From contig NC_043008.1 in NCBI RefSeq assembly GCF_006345805.1, positions 54,312,001 through 54,376,000 of the forward strand: 64,000 nucleotides of DNA. The letters are read 5' to 3'. Numbering within the stretch: the first letter of the stretch is position 1; every line of letters starts with the position of its first letter. Position numbers and translations under genes: made by a program. Origin of the DNA: Octopus sinensis. Its lineage: Eukaryota. Positions 1 through 14,290 of the stretch are shown piece by piece. The notes below the pieces were generated by a model, which worked only from the letters and a program-made list of their open reading frames with translations, was not told the DNA's origin and did no database searches.

Positions 1-176
1 CTGTTATATCTAGTATATCAAAGCTACCTCGTACAGCTTTCATCTCTGGCTCAACTTAAAATTAGCTACACCATGATAGCTAAAAATATAAGGAAGGAAA
101 GGGAACTCTTAGCAATTTTTACATTGTCCGTATTCCAATGAAATAGCGGAGTTTTTGTCTTGTCTCTCGTCTCTCA

Positions 177-291
<115 letters not shown>

Positions 292-399
292 CCCACTTCA
301 AGTATGAACTTACAGATTCTTATCTGGAAACGGTATCAGTCGATTGTACAGTCGATACATACAAACATAAAACACACAGACACATCCACACACTCACGT

Positions 400-452
<53 letters not shown>

Positions 453-612
453 TACACACACACACAAACACATGCATACATGGATATAGAATGTTGGATG
501 GATGGATGGATGGATGGATGGAGTTGGGTTTAATAATAAATGGAAAGATATCCGTGTTATTCAAGCAATCTTGAATATTGTTCTATTCGTGTTTGTGGTA
601 ATGAAATTGTAT

Positions 613-648
<36 letters not shown>

Positions 649-819
649 ACACACATACACATGCATGTATGTGTTTGTGTGTGTGTGTGTGTTTATATAT
701 GTGGGTATGTACATGTTTATGTGTAATATATATATATATATATATATACTTACATATACTTACATATGTATATGTATATATATGTATATATATATACATG
801 CATACATACATATTTACAT

Positions 820-870
<51 letters not shown>

Positions 871-1799
871 TAAACATATACATACATATATATACATGTA
901 CATACATACATACATACATACATACATACATACATACATACATACATACATACATACATACATACATACATACATACATGCATACATGCATACACACACT
1001 TACCAGATTAAAAATGATTAAGTGAATGCGTAGCGCAAAAATAATAATAGTAATAAACATTTATATATAATTTTTTCTTTTCCTTTTCTTAAATATCAAC
1101 GAAAATAAATCTCATTCGGTTTCGGTATCAAAATAAAACAATTATATTTACAATCGCACGTGGGTTTCGAGAATACAGATTTTAAATATAACAATTTTCA
1201 CATGATAAATTTCACATCTTCTTTACAACAATCAAGTCAAACGTTACATAAATGCATTTGTGAAAATTCGTCTCCACAAATCAATTAGGTAATTCATGTT
1301 TTAGTCATGTTATATTGTAAGCATATCATGAGATAGGAAATTGCTAATTTGCGCGTTATTGTTAGCCACACGTAGGCGAGAGAGAGGAGAGAAGATGGAG
1401 AGAGGAAGAGACAAGATGGAGAGAGAGAGAGGAGAAGTGAGATGGTGAGAGAGAGAGAAAGGGGTAGATGGAAAGAGTAATAGAACGGCTGTTGTCTCTT
1501 AAAAACATGGTTCAATATTTTACAGGTTTCTGATTTGCTTAAAGTTTCTTGCCGTTCAAAGTTTTTGATTGGTTGATATAAACACATAGCAACGATGAAT
1601 CTGAAATCGTCGTTTCTTTCATTGCTTTTCTGTTGTTTTTTTTTTTTGTTTGGTTTTGCAGTAATTCCTTTGTTTACGTACGAAAAACACGGCTCAGAGA
1701 CTACTAATTTCTGTGTTAAAATTCTTGATTTTCTGAAATAACACATTGATAGATTGGATTTGATTAGATTAGATTGGATTGGATTGGATTAAATTAAAT

Positions 1800-1849
<50 letters not shown>

Positions 1850-1950
1850 CTGGGTCGTCCTAATCGACTGGCCCCCTTCTCCCCAAAACTTTCAGGCCTT
1901 GTGCCTTGAGTAGACAAGAATATATGTATATCTGTATGTATAGATAGATT

Positions 1951-2010
<60 letters not shown>

Positions 2011-2042
2011 TAGATAGATAGATTAGATAGATAGATAGATAG

Positions 2043-2200
2043 ATATGTTTCTTTATTAGCCACACAGGGCTGCACACAGATAGAACAAATTACAAGGTAG
2101 AGCTTTTCTTTTGAAGGTTTAAAAAAAAAAAAAAAAAAGGAATGTGGAGTTCGATCAAAAGGGATCGTAAAAGGAGAGAAAGAGGACAAAAAAAAGGGGG
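2043..2200 (-). mobile_element. Probable LINE 3' end (AATAAA then TCTA tail); related copy at ~36545-36690
   Basis: AAGGTAGAGCTTTTCTTTT...AAAGGGATCGT is shared by both sites; minus strand ends GGCTAATAAAGAAACATA(TCTA)n. Confidence 0.45.
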
Positions 2201-2228
2201 GGTGAAAAAAAGGGGGAGAGGAAAAAAA

Positions 2229-2263
<35 letters not shown>

Positions 2264-2334
2264 TTTACTCTTCAGTATTTCAAGATATGTATTTTTGGTA
2301 AATACCAAAAATACATATCTTGAAATACTGAAGA

Positions 2335-2990
2335 GTAAATTTATTCAATAAAATCGCCATTGGCTTCAAACACAGCCTCCAGACGACTTGAGAATCTCAT
2401 GAAACTCTTGTGGACGGTCTCCTTGTTTAAGTTGGTGAATGTTTCCATAATCCTTGCCTTCAATTCATCTTTGGTATTACGAGTTTTATTGGACTTTCGC
2501 TCAACTGCGCTCCACACATAATAATCAAGGGGGTTGCAGTTTGGGGAGTTAGGCGGTCAGATGTTAGGGATGTTAGAAATTGTCTAACTGTCATGATTGC
2601 GTTCTTCTGCTTGTGTGGTATGGTGCAGAGTCCTGTTGCCAGACATAGGATCTTCCAGCAGCCGCTCTCTAGGCACAGGGCAGCACTACCTTCACCAGGC
2701 TCTTGATGTCGGCCTCCGTGTTGAGTCTGAGGCTGTGTTAATAGATGAAGGGTGGCATAACGTCGCCATCACTTGTGATCACCCCTTACATCATGATGTT
2801 GACCGGATGTTTGATTTTTATCACTCTTGTTACATTTCCTAAGAGTGTCCACAGATTTACATCCAAACACTCTGAAATGTTCGCATTGGAGCTTCCGACG
2901 CGAATGTCAAACAGTGCAACATGTCGTTTCCAAATTTCTGACATAGTGAATTGTGTCATGGTGCCGTTTTTCTCATAGCCAGTGTCTAAC
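2335..2990 (-). mobile_element. Internally deleted Tc1/mariner-superfamily transposase relic (resembles the DD37D/maT group)
   Basis: Minus strand, with stops and frameshifts: HPVNIMM.GVITSDGDVMPPF ... YVWQQDSAPYHTSRRTQS ... PPNSPNCNPLDYYVWSAVERKSNK...DELKARI...RLEAVFEANGDFIE*. Confidence 0.8.
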
Positions 2991-3204
2991 TGAACCTATT
3001 ATACTGTGTAGTCGAGAAAATTAAAAAACAAACAATGCGCATGCTCAAAATTAAAAATATAAACGGTGACAATTTACCCATCGCACACTGTGTATGTATG
3101 TATGTATGTATGTATATATAAATATGTTTATATATGTGTGTGTATATATACATATACATGTGTGTATATATAATATATATACATATATATATATATACAT
3201 ATAT

Positions 3205-3242
<38 letters not shown>

Positions 3243-3399
3243 TATATATATATATACATATATATGTTTGTGTGTGTGTGTGTGTGTGTTATACAGTTCA
3301 CCGAATTATTAGGAGCGTACGCAACCATACAAGGTATCGTATAAATACAGATCTTCGTTCTGTATGTATATATATATACATATATATATACATAATATA

Positions 3400-3430
<31 letters not shown>

Positions 3431-3710
3431 TCAACGATTTTCACTTTCAGTTTAACATTCGCTTTTACATTAGCTCCTGGCTTTATTTTCTTTGAGTCAT
3501 CATGGTAAATAGCACTTTACTTTCAGAACTGTATGTATGTTTAGAAATGCAAATTTTTATTGAGTTCTTCAGTATATTTGACGTCTGGAAATGGTGATTT
3601 CTAATATTGACGAATATTTTATTCAACTCTGCACGTAACGTTGTGAAGATAACTGTTCCAGGATCCTAGTACCAACTCCGTCTCTCTGTCTGCTTCTTTC
3701 TCTGTTTCCC

Positions 3711-3751
<41 letters not shown>

Positions 3752-4690
3752 CACATACATACACATACATTCATACACATACACATACAAACGCACATAC
3801 ATACACACACACATATATACACATATACACATACATACATACACATACACACATATATATATACACACATACATACACACATACACATACATATATATGT
3901 ACACACATACACATACATATATATGTACACACACACATAATCATACTTAGACACACATACACACATACACACACATGCACACACACATACACATACATAT
4001 ATATGCACATGTGCGTGTGTGTGAGGTGTAAGTGTATGCGTGTATGTGCATGTGTCTCTCTGTGTATGACTGTGTGTCTGTGTATCTGCATATGTGTGTA
4101 TACATACATACATACATACATACATACATACATACATACATACATACATACATACATTACATAATCACGGCATCTCGAACTTCTGACGAAAATATTTACT
4201 TGACTATTGACTGTTAGTAAGAATCATCTTTTGATATGAAAATATGATGGAAGCCGACCGAGTTGAAAAACTCGTTAGCACGTCGGTTGCGCGCCATTTT
4301 ATCCGTCTTTACGTTCAATTTACGCCAAAACTAACTTTGCCTTTCGTCAATCTGGAATCGGTAAAATAAGTAGCAGTTGAGTACAGGCGTCGATATAATC
4401 TATTTACTTCTCTTCTGAAAATTTGAAACCGAAATGGAAGGGTGGGGATATGAAAAATTTGAAACCTATAAGGATTTATTCGCACATGCGCATACGCTTA
4501 TATCTGTGTATTTGTGTGTAAGTCTATGTTTTTGAATATACATATGTCTCTCTGTCTGTATGTTTGTATGTATGTACATATAAATGTTTGTGTGTGATAT
4601 GTGTGTGTATGTGTATGCATACATAAATACATATATGTACGTGTATGTGTGTGTGAGTGTGTACGCTTATCTATATATATATATAGATAC

Positions 4691-4739
<49 letters not shown>

Positions 4740-5222
4740 TAGGAGTGGGTGTGTGATAAATAGCTTGCTAACCAACCACATGGTTCCGGGTTCAGTCCCA
4801 CTGCGTGGCACCTCGGACAAGTGTCTTCTACTATAGCTTCGGGCCGACCAAATCCTTGTGAGTGGATTTGGTATATATATAAATTTTAATAATGAGGGTG
4901 ATAAATTGAATGTTAATTTAATTAATATCAATTTAAAACCAGTAGCCTAGCATATAGAAAAAGCTGAAAATTCAGAAAAATTATAATACATGCATATATT
5001 AGTGATGACTACTAAGTGGACATCCAATATGCTAGATGAAGATCACCTACGATCTAGCTACAAAGAAAATAATGTTCTCCAGAGAAATTCAGCAAACAAC
5101 AGAACATAAGCTGAATTTTCTATAAACCTTCTTTTCTTTGTAGTTAGATCGTAGGTGATCTTCTTCTAGCATATTGGATGTCCACTTCGTGGTCACCATC
5201 CTAATTTAACGCATGTATATAC

Positions 5223-5253
<31 letters not shown>

Positions 5254-5311
5254 TATAATTATATATATAAATATACTCTTTCTACGCATGTATATATATT
5301 ATATTATTAAT

Positions 5312-5796
5312 ATACTCTTTTACTCTTTTACTCTTTTACTTGTTTCAGTAATTCGAATTCGACTGCGCCATGCTGGAGCACCGGCCTTTTAGTCGAGCAA
5401 ATCGATCCCGGACAATTCTTTGTAAGCCCAGTACTTATTCTATCGTTCTTTTGCCGAGCCGCTAAGTGCGGGGACATAAACACACCAGCATTGTTGTCAA
5501 GCAATGCTAGGGGGACAAACACAAACACACAACACACCACACATACATACATATATATATTATTATATATATATAATAATATAATATATATAATATATAT
5601 ATTATATATATATATTATATATTTTATATACATATATACGACAGGCTTCTTTAAGTTTCCGTCAACCAAATCCACTCACAAGGCTTGGTCGGGCCCGGGG
5701 CTATAGCAGAAGACACTTGCCCAAGATGCCACGCAGTGGGACTGAACCCGAAACCATGTGGTTGGTTAGCAAGCTACTTACCATACAGCCACTCAT

Positions 5797-5800
<4 letters not shown>
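5312..5800 (-). mobile_element. SINE family C (tRNA-like head, internal microsatellite, GTAAAAGA-repeat tail), full length
   Basis: Multi-copy in the window: head TGGCTGT.TGGTAAGTAGCTTGCT...GGTTCAGTCCC, internal TA/TG tract, tail ...CCAGCATGG.GCAGTC...GAAACAGTAAAAGAG. Confidence 0.85.
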
Positions 5801-5845
<45 letters not shown>

Positions 5846-6519
5846 ATATATAATCAAAATAGCAACAAGATATCCAAGGGTAGTGTGTAACACTCGTTTC
5901 ATGCTACTTCTATTAAAACAATGTAAGTATTACATCAGTTTTAAAATGTACAAATGAAATAAGTATAAAAATGTACATTGTCCATTTTGAAGATTGCTGT
6001 ACATTGACTGAAGATTGCTTTACATTTTAAAACTGATGTAATGCTTACATTGTTTAATAAAATGAAGTAGCACGAAACGATTGTATTACACTACCTTGGA
6101 TATCCTTGTTGCTTATTTTGATTATAATCACCTCAATTGATTTATATGGATAATACCATACCAAATTCTGGCGACTTTAACTTAAGTACCATATTCATTT
6201 GAATCTAAATTTTGCTGAACTTATATATATATATAACCTGTATTAATCTCGTATATATAATATATAAAAAAACACGAACGACTGATATAGCTTCAAGATA
6301 TAAAGCTGTAAGGTCAAACTTGAGGAGGGCAAGAGAAAGAGGAAGAAACACTTCCGCTATTTCCGTAGAATTCGGAAAATGTGAAGATTGCTAAGAGTTC
6401 CTTTCGCTCTTTGTATTTTAGCTATCATTGGTGTAACTACGTTTAAGCTGAACCGATAGTGGAGCTTCTTCGGAGTAGACTTGGTGTACTAGATATAGCA
6501 ACCAAAACACCAATAACTA

Positions 6520-7030
6520 CCGTAAATCCTCGAGTATAGTCCGCCCTTGAGTATAATACGTAGGGGAATTTTAGGGGGCCGTACCTATGAAAAACTTAAA
6601 CCTTGTGTATAATACGCACCCCTTATCTAACTTGAGTCAAGGACGTCTATGTAACGTCCTTGATTTGTAAAAATGTATGCAGTAACATCCTTTATTATCA
6701 TTGTATATATAACATAATGCAAACGTGTAGCTTTTTTGTACATTTTGTTTGCAGAAAATAAAAGAATAACAGTAATAACGTTTAATAAATGTTGCTTACT
6801 GCAAGTTATGGATGATTCTTTTATGACTTCATTGCTTTCAGGCTTAGCTTAGGGTATTTTCGCGCCCGACATCACAAAATGCGTCTGAATAAACATTGCC
6901 GGACAGCAAATAGAGACTCGGACGTTACTTTGAAAATATTTTTCATTTTTACCTCGTATATAGTATGCACTAGGGATTTTGACCTTTAAATTTTGGGGGG
7001 AAAATGCGGATTATACTCGAGGATTTACGG
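6520..7030. mobile_element. MITE with 25-bp TIRs and TA target duplication (pogo/Tc2-like)
   Basis: TA|CCGTAAATCCTCGAGTATAGTCCGC ... GCGGATTATACTCGAGGATTTACGG|TA; TIRs 24/25 identical; no ORF. Confidence 0.85.
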
Positions 7031-8802
7031 TACTTGGTTTAGATGGATATGATTCTTCACTGCTTAGAAAAGTAAAGGAGAAAAATAATAGATTTTGCAT
7101 CTCTGGATTGGTGCAGGGGTGTCTGTATAGCAACAAGTTTCCTTCCTAACCACATGGTTCGAGGTTCAGTCCCATCGCGTGTCAGCTTGGTCAAGTGTCT
7201 TCTACTATAGCCCCGGACTGACCAAATCATTGAGAGTGAATTGGTAGATGGAAACTGAAAGAAGCCTATCATGTGTATGTGTGTGTAGTGTAGGGTTCGT
7301 TCCTTATCATCTCTTGACATGCGGTGTTAGTTTGTTTATGTCCGTCTAACTTAGTGGTTCAGCTAAAGCTAGAATAAGTGTTAGGCTTCCAAAATGAGTA
7401 CAGGGGTCGATCTGTCCGACTAAACCCTTCAAGACCGTGCCCCAGCAATAAGATCCCAAGAATCCCTGTCACTCAAATTTGTAGTTGTTGTTGTTGTTGT
7501 TGTTTTGTTGTTGTTGTTGTTGTTGTTGTTGTTGCTGCTACTGCTGTTGCTGCTGTTGTTGTTGTTAATTCCAGGTCCGCTTCAACTGAACAACCCTATG
7601 ATGAAAGGCCTCCCGTCCGTGACTATCACAACCTACTCTGCCACATTACGTATCCATCACGACATTATCTAATATGGTCGTGCACGTTTCAAAACAACAA
7701 TGTGTATTTTGAGAAAGCTTTTGCTGCTATTTCTAGCAGATCGCACAACCGCATAGAGTCTCTTGTTTACAAACTGTAATTACCATACCTGTTTTTATAC
7801 ATAGATACATACATACATATACACACATACACACATACATACATGCTTGCACGCATACATACACACATTCATACATACATACATACATACATACATACAT
7901 ACATACATACATACTTACATACATACACACACACATGCATACATACATACATACATACAAACATACATACATACATACATACATACACACACACATACAT
8001 ACATACATACATACATACATACATACATGCATGCATACATACATACATACATACATACATACATACATACATACATACATACATACATACATACATACAT
8101 ACATGTTTGCTTATTTATTTTCGCGTAATTATTTTCTGAATGGTTTAACAAGCTTCAAAAGATGTTATCTTTTATTTCTGGGTCACCTTGGGTTTGTAAT
8201 ATATATAAATATATTGATTTATACTAAACCATACGGTTATTTCTAACGGTTTTTTTCTTTAAACATTTATTGTGAAAAACAGCGTTAAAGATAACAAACG
8301 TGATTAGACGTATAGCTTGACCAATGTCTATGTGTGTCTATGTGAACAAATATATATATATATATATTATATATATATATGTGTGTGTGTGTGTATCTAT
8401 GTATCTATGTATGCATATGCATATCCACACACAGTTGTCCCATGCAAAGTATATGTAGTGCAGTCGCTATAGTGAAGTTTTATGGGACGGACACTCAGTG
8501 TTATACACCGGTGGATGGCTTCGATCGTTTTCATAGGTTGTGCTGAAAATGGCATGATCACATACATACACACACACATAGACATAAGTGTACATATACA
8601 TAAACATACACTCACATGCATAGCCATACTAACATACGCCAGGTGTATACATAGGCATACGTACGAAAAGAAAACATATATATATATATATATTATATAT
8701 ATATATATAATATGCATATATAGTATACATAGACATATATGTATATATATATATTATATATATATATATTATATATATATATGAATATTACTATGTCCAT
8801 AT

Positions 8803-8836
<34 letters not shown>

Positions 8837-9046
8837 ATATATATAATATGCATATATATAAACATATACACGTATACAGGTGTATATATTGCCTACACAT
8901 ACATATAAAAACATGCGTTGAGTGCCGTATACGCATTTACCATCTATAGAAAAATGAATGTACAAATACATACACACACATATATGTGTATATGTGTATG
9001 TATATATGTGTGTATAAGTATAAATATATATATATTACATACATAC

Positions 9047-9087
<41 letters not shown>

Positions 9088-9253
9088 CTACATATATATA
9101 TATGCGTTTGTATATATGTTATATTATAATAGTATGTATGTATATATATATATATACATAATATATACACACATACATATATATATATGTATGTATATAT
9201 GTATACATGTATATCTATGTATGTATATGTATATATATATTATATATATTATA

Positions 9254-9288
<35 letters not shown>

Positions 9289-9559
9289 ATATATATATGT
9301 ATACTATATATATACATATATGTTTGTAGGTATATGTATATACCCAGAGTGAGAAAGAAATATGCGTACATTCTCAACCCACACTGACACAAGACACACA
9401 GACACAAAGTTATGTTGTTACTGATAGTTATTAGGTTAAGAAATGAATATTTATGGAAATTGAAAAATAATAATAAAAGTGATAACACCGTCGTGTATGG
9501 GTAACTATAGCAACAGTGGACTGTTGTGATGACAACACAACGATAGCAACAAAACAACA

Positions 9560-9676
9560 ACAATAATAATAATAATACTAATAATAATAACAACAGTAAT
9601 AATAATATAATAATAAATAATAATAAAATACTAATAATAAATAATAATAATAATAATAATAAAACAATAACAACAG

Positions 9677-9707
<31 letters not shown>

Positions 9708-9735
9708 TAATAACAACAGTAATAATAAAATATAA

Positions 9736-9784
<49 letters not shown>

Positions 9785-9820
9785 TAATAATAATAATAAA
9801 TAATAAAATAATAATAATAA
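9560..9820. repeat. (AAT)n microsatellite
   Basis: Direct reading. Confidence 0.95.
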
Positions 9821-10597
9821 ATGTTTTAGTTATGACATGAATCATTGCAACTACAATAGCTACAACATCAATTACATAAAAAAGAACAACAACAACAACA
9901 ACTGTTTTGTTTATGATATGAACCAAGGCAACAACTGCAAGATCAAATACAAGAATGAGAACGGCAACAATAAAAGCAAAGACTTGAATAGTGGTGACAA
10001 ACAACATTAATTGCATGTAGGACGACGGAGAATACAAAATGTAAAACAACAAGAACATCAACAACCACGGTGACAACAACAAGACTAATGAGAACTACTT
10101 TAACATCAAATAAAGGACACAATTGATACTAATTTCATTTACTCTTGTTAATTATTAGTTGATTAACTTTAGAAAAGTCTTGTATACTTTCATTGTTCCA
10201 CCTACATATTGTGTTTGTAAAGTGAATGGTGAACTGGTCTGTTTCCTTGTTAGAAAAATTTAGCCTTTCCAGTCTGTCACTTAGACATATACGAATATAT
10301 CTTCATAAATAATTTCGTTTTCACTGGCGCGGCTGCGTGGTTAAGAAGTCTATTTCTCAATTATGTGGTTCTTGGGTTCTATCCCACTACGTGGCACTTT
10401 GGAGATGTGTATTCTACTATAGCTCCGAGCCGGCCAAAGCCTTCCGCGTGCATTTAATACACGGAAACTGAAAGAAGCCCATCGTATATATACTTATATA
10501 CATATATACATCGCGGCACGATGGATGAAGTTATAAACAATAGTATGTAAATATTTCACATTCACTTCAAGTTTATAAATTGTCATGACGTGAACGA

Positions 10598-10956
<359 letters not shown>

Positions 10957-11557
10957 TGCATATATATCCATATACATGGATATACATATTGTTGTCGTCC
11001 TAAGAATTTATAAACTTTCGAGAGAACGCTAAACAATTCTGTCATTGGTACGGGGTCTCGAAGCACATAAGGCTATAAATAACGGCAAGTAAAATATTGA
11101 GTTGAATAACACATTTGGATAGAAAGCGTTTATCCAAAAGTGTTTCACATTAACTTTTCTGTCCTTCAAAGTCGCCTTGGACCTACCTTTCTTGACTGTG
11201 AATTTCCCTCTGAAAAATTCGCCTAGTGTGCCGGAAAATACGGTATGTCTGCCTAGTGCGCGTACCCAACCTCTCTACAACAAATTACAAGAAGTTCCGA
11301 AAGGCATTTGTGTATTATATTATTATATAATACGAAAACAGCGCAGTTCGTATCATACGAGGTTGTACACATCTTGCACTCAAAGACAACTGATGCAACG
11401 AAGCCAACATACTAAACAGGGAAGTCCACCTGGACATATGAGGAGAACGGTGAGCTGTAGCGGCAGGGTTCAAACTCCTACGCCGCCCAGTCCCTGTTAC
11501 TATGTAAAAAGTCACCTTTAAACATTCAGGCACATATATAACATCCTGGATCCACTA

Positions 11558-11932
11558 GAGCACTCCTTCGGTCACGAAGACCAGGGTTCTAGCTGATACG
11601 ATTAACGGAACAGCTTGCTTGTGAAATTAACGTGAAAGTGGCTGAGCACTCCACAGAAAAGTGTACCCTTAACGTAGTTCTCAGGGAGATTCAGCATGAC
11701 ACAGAGTGTGACAAGGCTGGCCTTTTGAAATACAGGCACAACAGAAACAGGAAGAGAGAAAGGTGTGGTGAAAGAGTACAACAGGGTTCGCCACCCCACC
11801 CCCTGCCGGAGCCTCGTACTTCTTTAGGTGTTTTCGGACAATAAACACTAACAACGCCCGGTCTGGGAATCGAAACCGCGATCCTACGAACGTGAGTCCG
11901 CTGCCCTAATCACTGGACCATTGCACCTCCAA
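11558..11932 (-). mobile_element. SINE family A (tail type 1), older copy
   Basis: Same head, body and tail as the 24924 copy, with more substitutions. Confidence 0.85.
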
Positions 11933-12256
11933 AGGAGCACACCGTCGGTTACGAAAACGAGGGTCCCAGCTGATACGATCAACAGAACAGCTCACTCGTG
12001 ATATTAACGTGCAAGTGGCTGAACACTCCACAAACACGTGTACCCTTAATGCAGTTCTCAGGGAGATTCAGCATGAGAGAGAGTGTGACAAAGCTGGCCC
12101 TTTGAAATACAAGTACTACGCATTTTTGCCAGCTGAGTGGGCTGAAGCAACGTGAAATAAAGTGTCTTGCTCAAGGTCACAACGCGTCGCCGGGAATTGA
12201 ACTCACGACCTTGCGATCGTGAACGGAATGCCCTAACCACTTTATCATGCGCCTTT
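11933..12256 (-). mobile_element. SINE with a different head/body (family E) carrying tail type 1
   Basis: tRNA-like head, then GTTGTGACCTTGAGCAAGACACTTTATTTCACGTTGC, then the same GTATTTCAAAGGGCC...GTAACCGACGG tail as family A. Confidence 0.8.
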
Positions 12257-12337
12257 ACTAGTATAGCAGTATCGTAACAACACTATCTCCTCATTGAGCT
12301 AAAACGAGAATAAAATAGAAAACTTTGTGGTGGCGCG

Positions 12338-12575
12338 TGGATTAGTGGTTAGAGTGTTGAGCTCGTGGTCGTAGAGATTGCGGTTTCGATATCTGGACCG
12401 AGCGACTCGTTGTGTTCTTGGGCAAAACACTTCATTTCACGTTGCTCCAGTCCACTCAGCTGACAAAAATGAGTAACCCTGAGGTGGACTAGCGTTCCGT
12501 CCAGGTGGGGGATTATATAAATGCCATGAAACCGGGAAACCGGGCCCTTATGAGTCGGCATGACTCGGGAAGAAA
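12338..12575 (+). mobile_element. SINE family E head/body carrying tail type 2
   Basis: tRNA-like head, GTGTTCTTGGGCAAAACACTTCATTTCACG, then TGGACTAGCGTTCCGTCCAG...GAAACCGGGAAACCGGGCCC. Confidence 0.75.
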
Positions 12576-12619
12576 AATCATCCATTTTTTTTTGAGAAAA
12601 AGAAAAGTAAATATATAGA

Positions 12620-13100
12620 GTAGCGGTGTGGTAAGAAACTTGCTTCCCAACCACGTGGTTTCGGGCTTACTTCCGCTACATGGCACCTTAAGCAAAGGTC
12701 TTCCACAATAGCCCCGATCAAAGCCTTGTGAAAGCATTTGATGGACGGAAATTGAAAGAATTTCGTCGTGTGTGTGGGGTGGCGGTTGTCTGTTTATCTG
12801 TCTGTGTGTGTGTGTCGGTATGTCTGTCTGTCTGGCTATCTGTCTGTCTGTGTGTCGGTCTGTCTGTCTACCTCTGTGTATGTGTGTTTATGTGTGTTCC
12901 CTATCATCGCTTAGCAACTGCTGATGGTTTGTTTACGTCCCTGTAATTTAGCCATTCTGCTAAAGAGAACGATAGAAAGAGTACCAGTCTTCAAAAGAAA
13001 AAAAAAAACAGTGCTGAGGTTGATTTCCTCAATTAAACCCTTCAAGGTGGTGCCCCAACTTGGCCGCAGTCCAATGAATGACTCTAAATAAAAGGATAAC
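12620..13100 (+). mobile_element. SINE family C, diverged full-length copy
   Basis: Same head, microsatellite and tail order as 5312-5800. Confidence 0.75.
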
Positions 13101-13109
13101 AATACCAGC

Positions 13110-13490
13110 TGCTGCATTAAAATCCCTATGAGTAATGGACTTAGACGGTCGCCCTGTTTCACACCTCCACCTGATTTTCGCATCATATTGGTAGAACCTA
13201 AAATCTACTCAATTGGAGATTGTCGGGTGGAGCATCTTTTCTGGGGACAACATCATCTCTTCCTCTAACAAAGTCCTGAAAGGATATTGGAGACTTAATA
13301 CCATAATATCACCACCTGGTCACATGATTGGCTTTAACGGAGTCGACCCCGCTGCAATCATTCGGGCCAGGTTTCCGATTTGAGGATAGGTTCATCATGC
13401 CGTTCCTATCGACCTGTCTAGCCTAACTATACAAGTCACGGCGGCCCTTTTTAGCGAGACATGGGCAATGCCTTCTTTTTGAAACGTAAA
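13110..13490 (-). mobile_element. Old non-LTR retrotransposon RT fragment
   Basis: Minus ORF contains GVKQGDRLSPLL, matching the non-LTR RT motif GV.QGDPLSPLLF; the rest is heavily decayed. Confidence 0.45.
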
Positions 13491-13505
13491 GGTCATCACC
13501 CTCGC

Positions 13506-13510
13506 CCTCG

Positions 13511-13548
<38 letters not shown>

Positions 13549-13585
13549 GTCGTCGTCATCATCATCATCATCGTCGTTGTCGTCG

Positions 13586-13626
<41 letters not shown>

Positions 13627-13765
13627 GTCGTCGTCGTCATCATCATCATCATCGTCGTTGTCGTCGTCATCATCATCATCATCATCGTCGTCGTCATCAT
13701 CATCATCATCGTCGTTGTCGTCGTCATCATCATCATCATCATCATCATCATCACCATTCTCATCG

Positions 13766-13818
<53 letters not shown>

Positions 13819-13963
13819 GTGATCATCATCATCATCATCATCATCATCATCGTCATTGTCATCATCATCTCTATTCTCATCTTCGTTCTTATCTTCCAAT
13901 ATCCATCGCCACCACCACCGAAAACACCCTGCCTGTCACCACCATCCCCCACAACCTCCAACG

Positions 13964-14008
<45 letters not shown>

Positions 14009-14100
14009 GCAGTAATCACCTACACCTCCACCACCATTACCACCATTCATCATCATCATTGTCAAAATCATCATCATCATCATCTTCGTCATCATCATCG

Positions 14101-14131
<31 letters not shown>

Positions 14132-14290
14132 TATCATCATTATCATCATCATCATATTCATCATCATCATCATCATCATCATCATCGTCGTCATCGTCAT
14201 CATCATTAACATCATCATCATCATCTTCATCATTATCATCGTCATCATCATCACCACCATCATCATCATCAACATCATCATCATCATCAA
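13506..14290. repeat. (CAT)n/(CGT)n/(CAG)n compound trinucleotide tract
   Basis: Direct reading; source of the poly-D, poly-H, poly-S and poly-M pseudo-ORFs. Confidence 0.95.
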
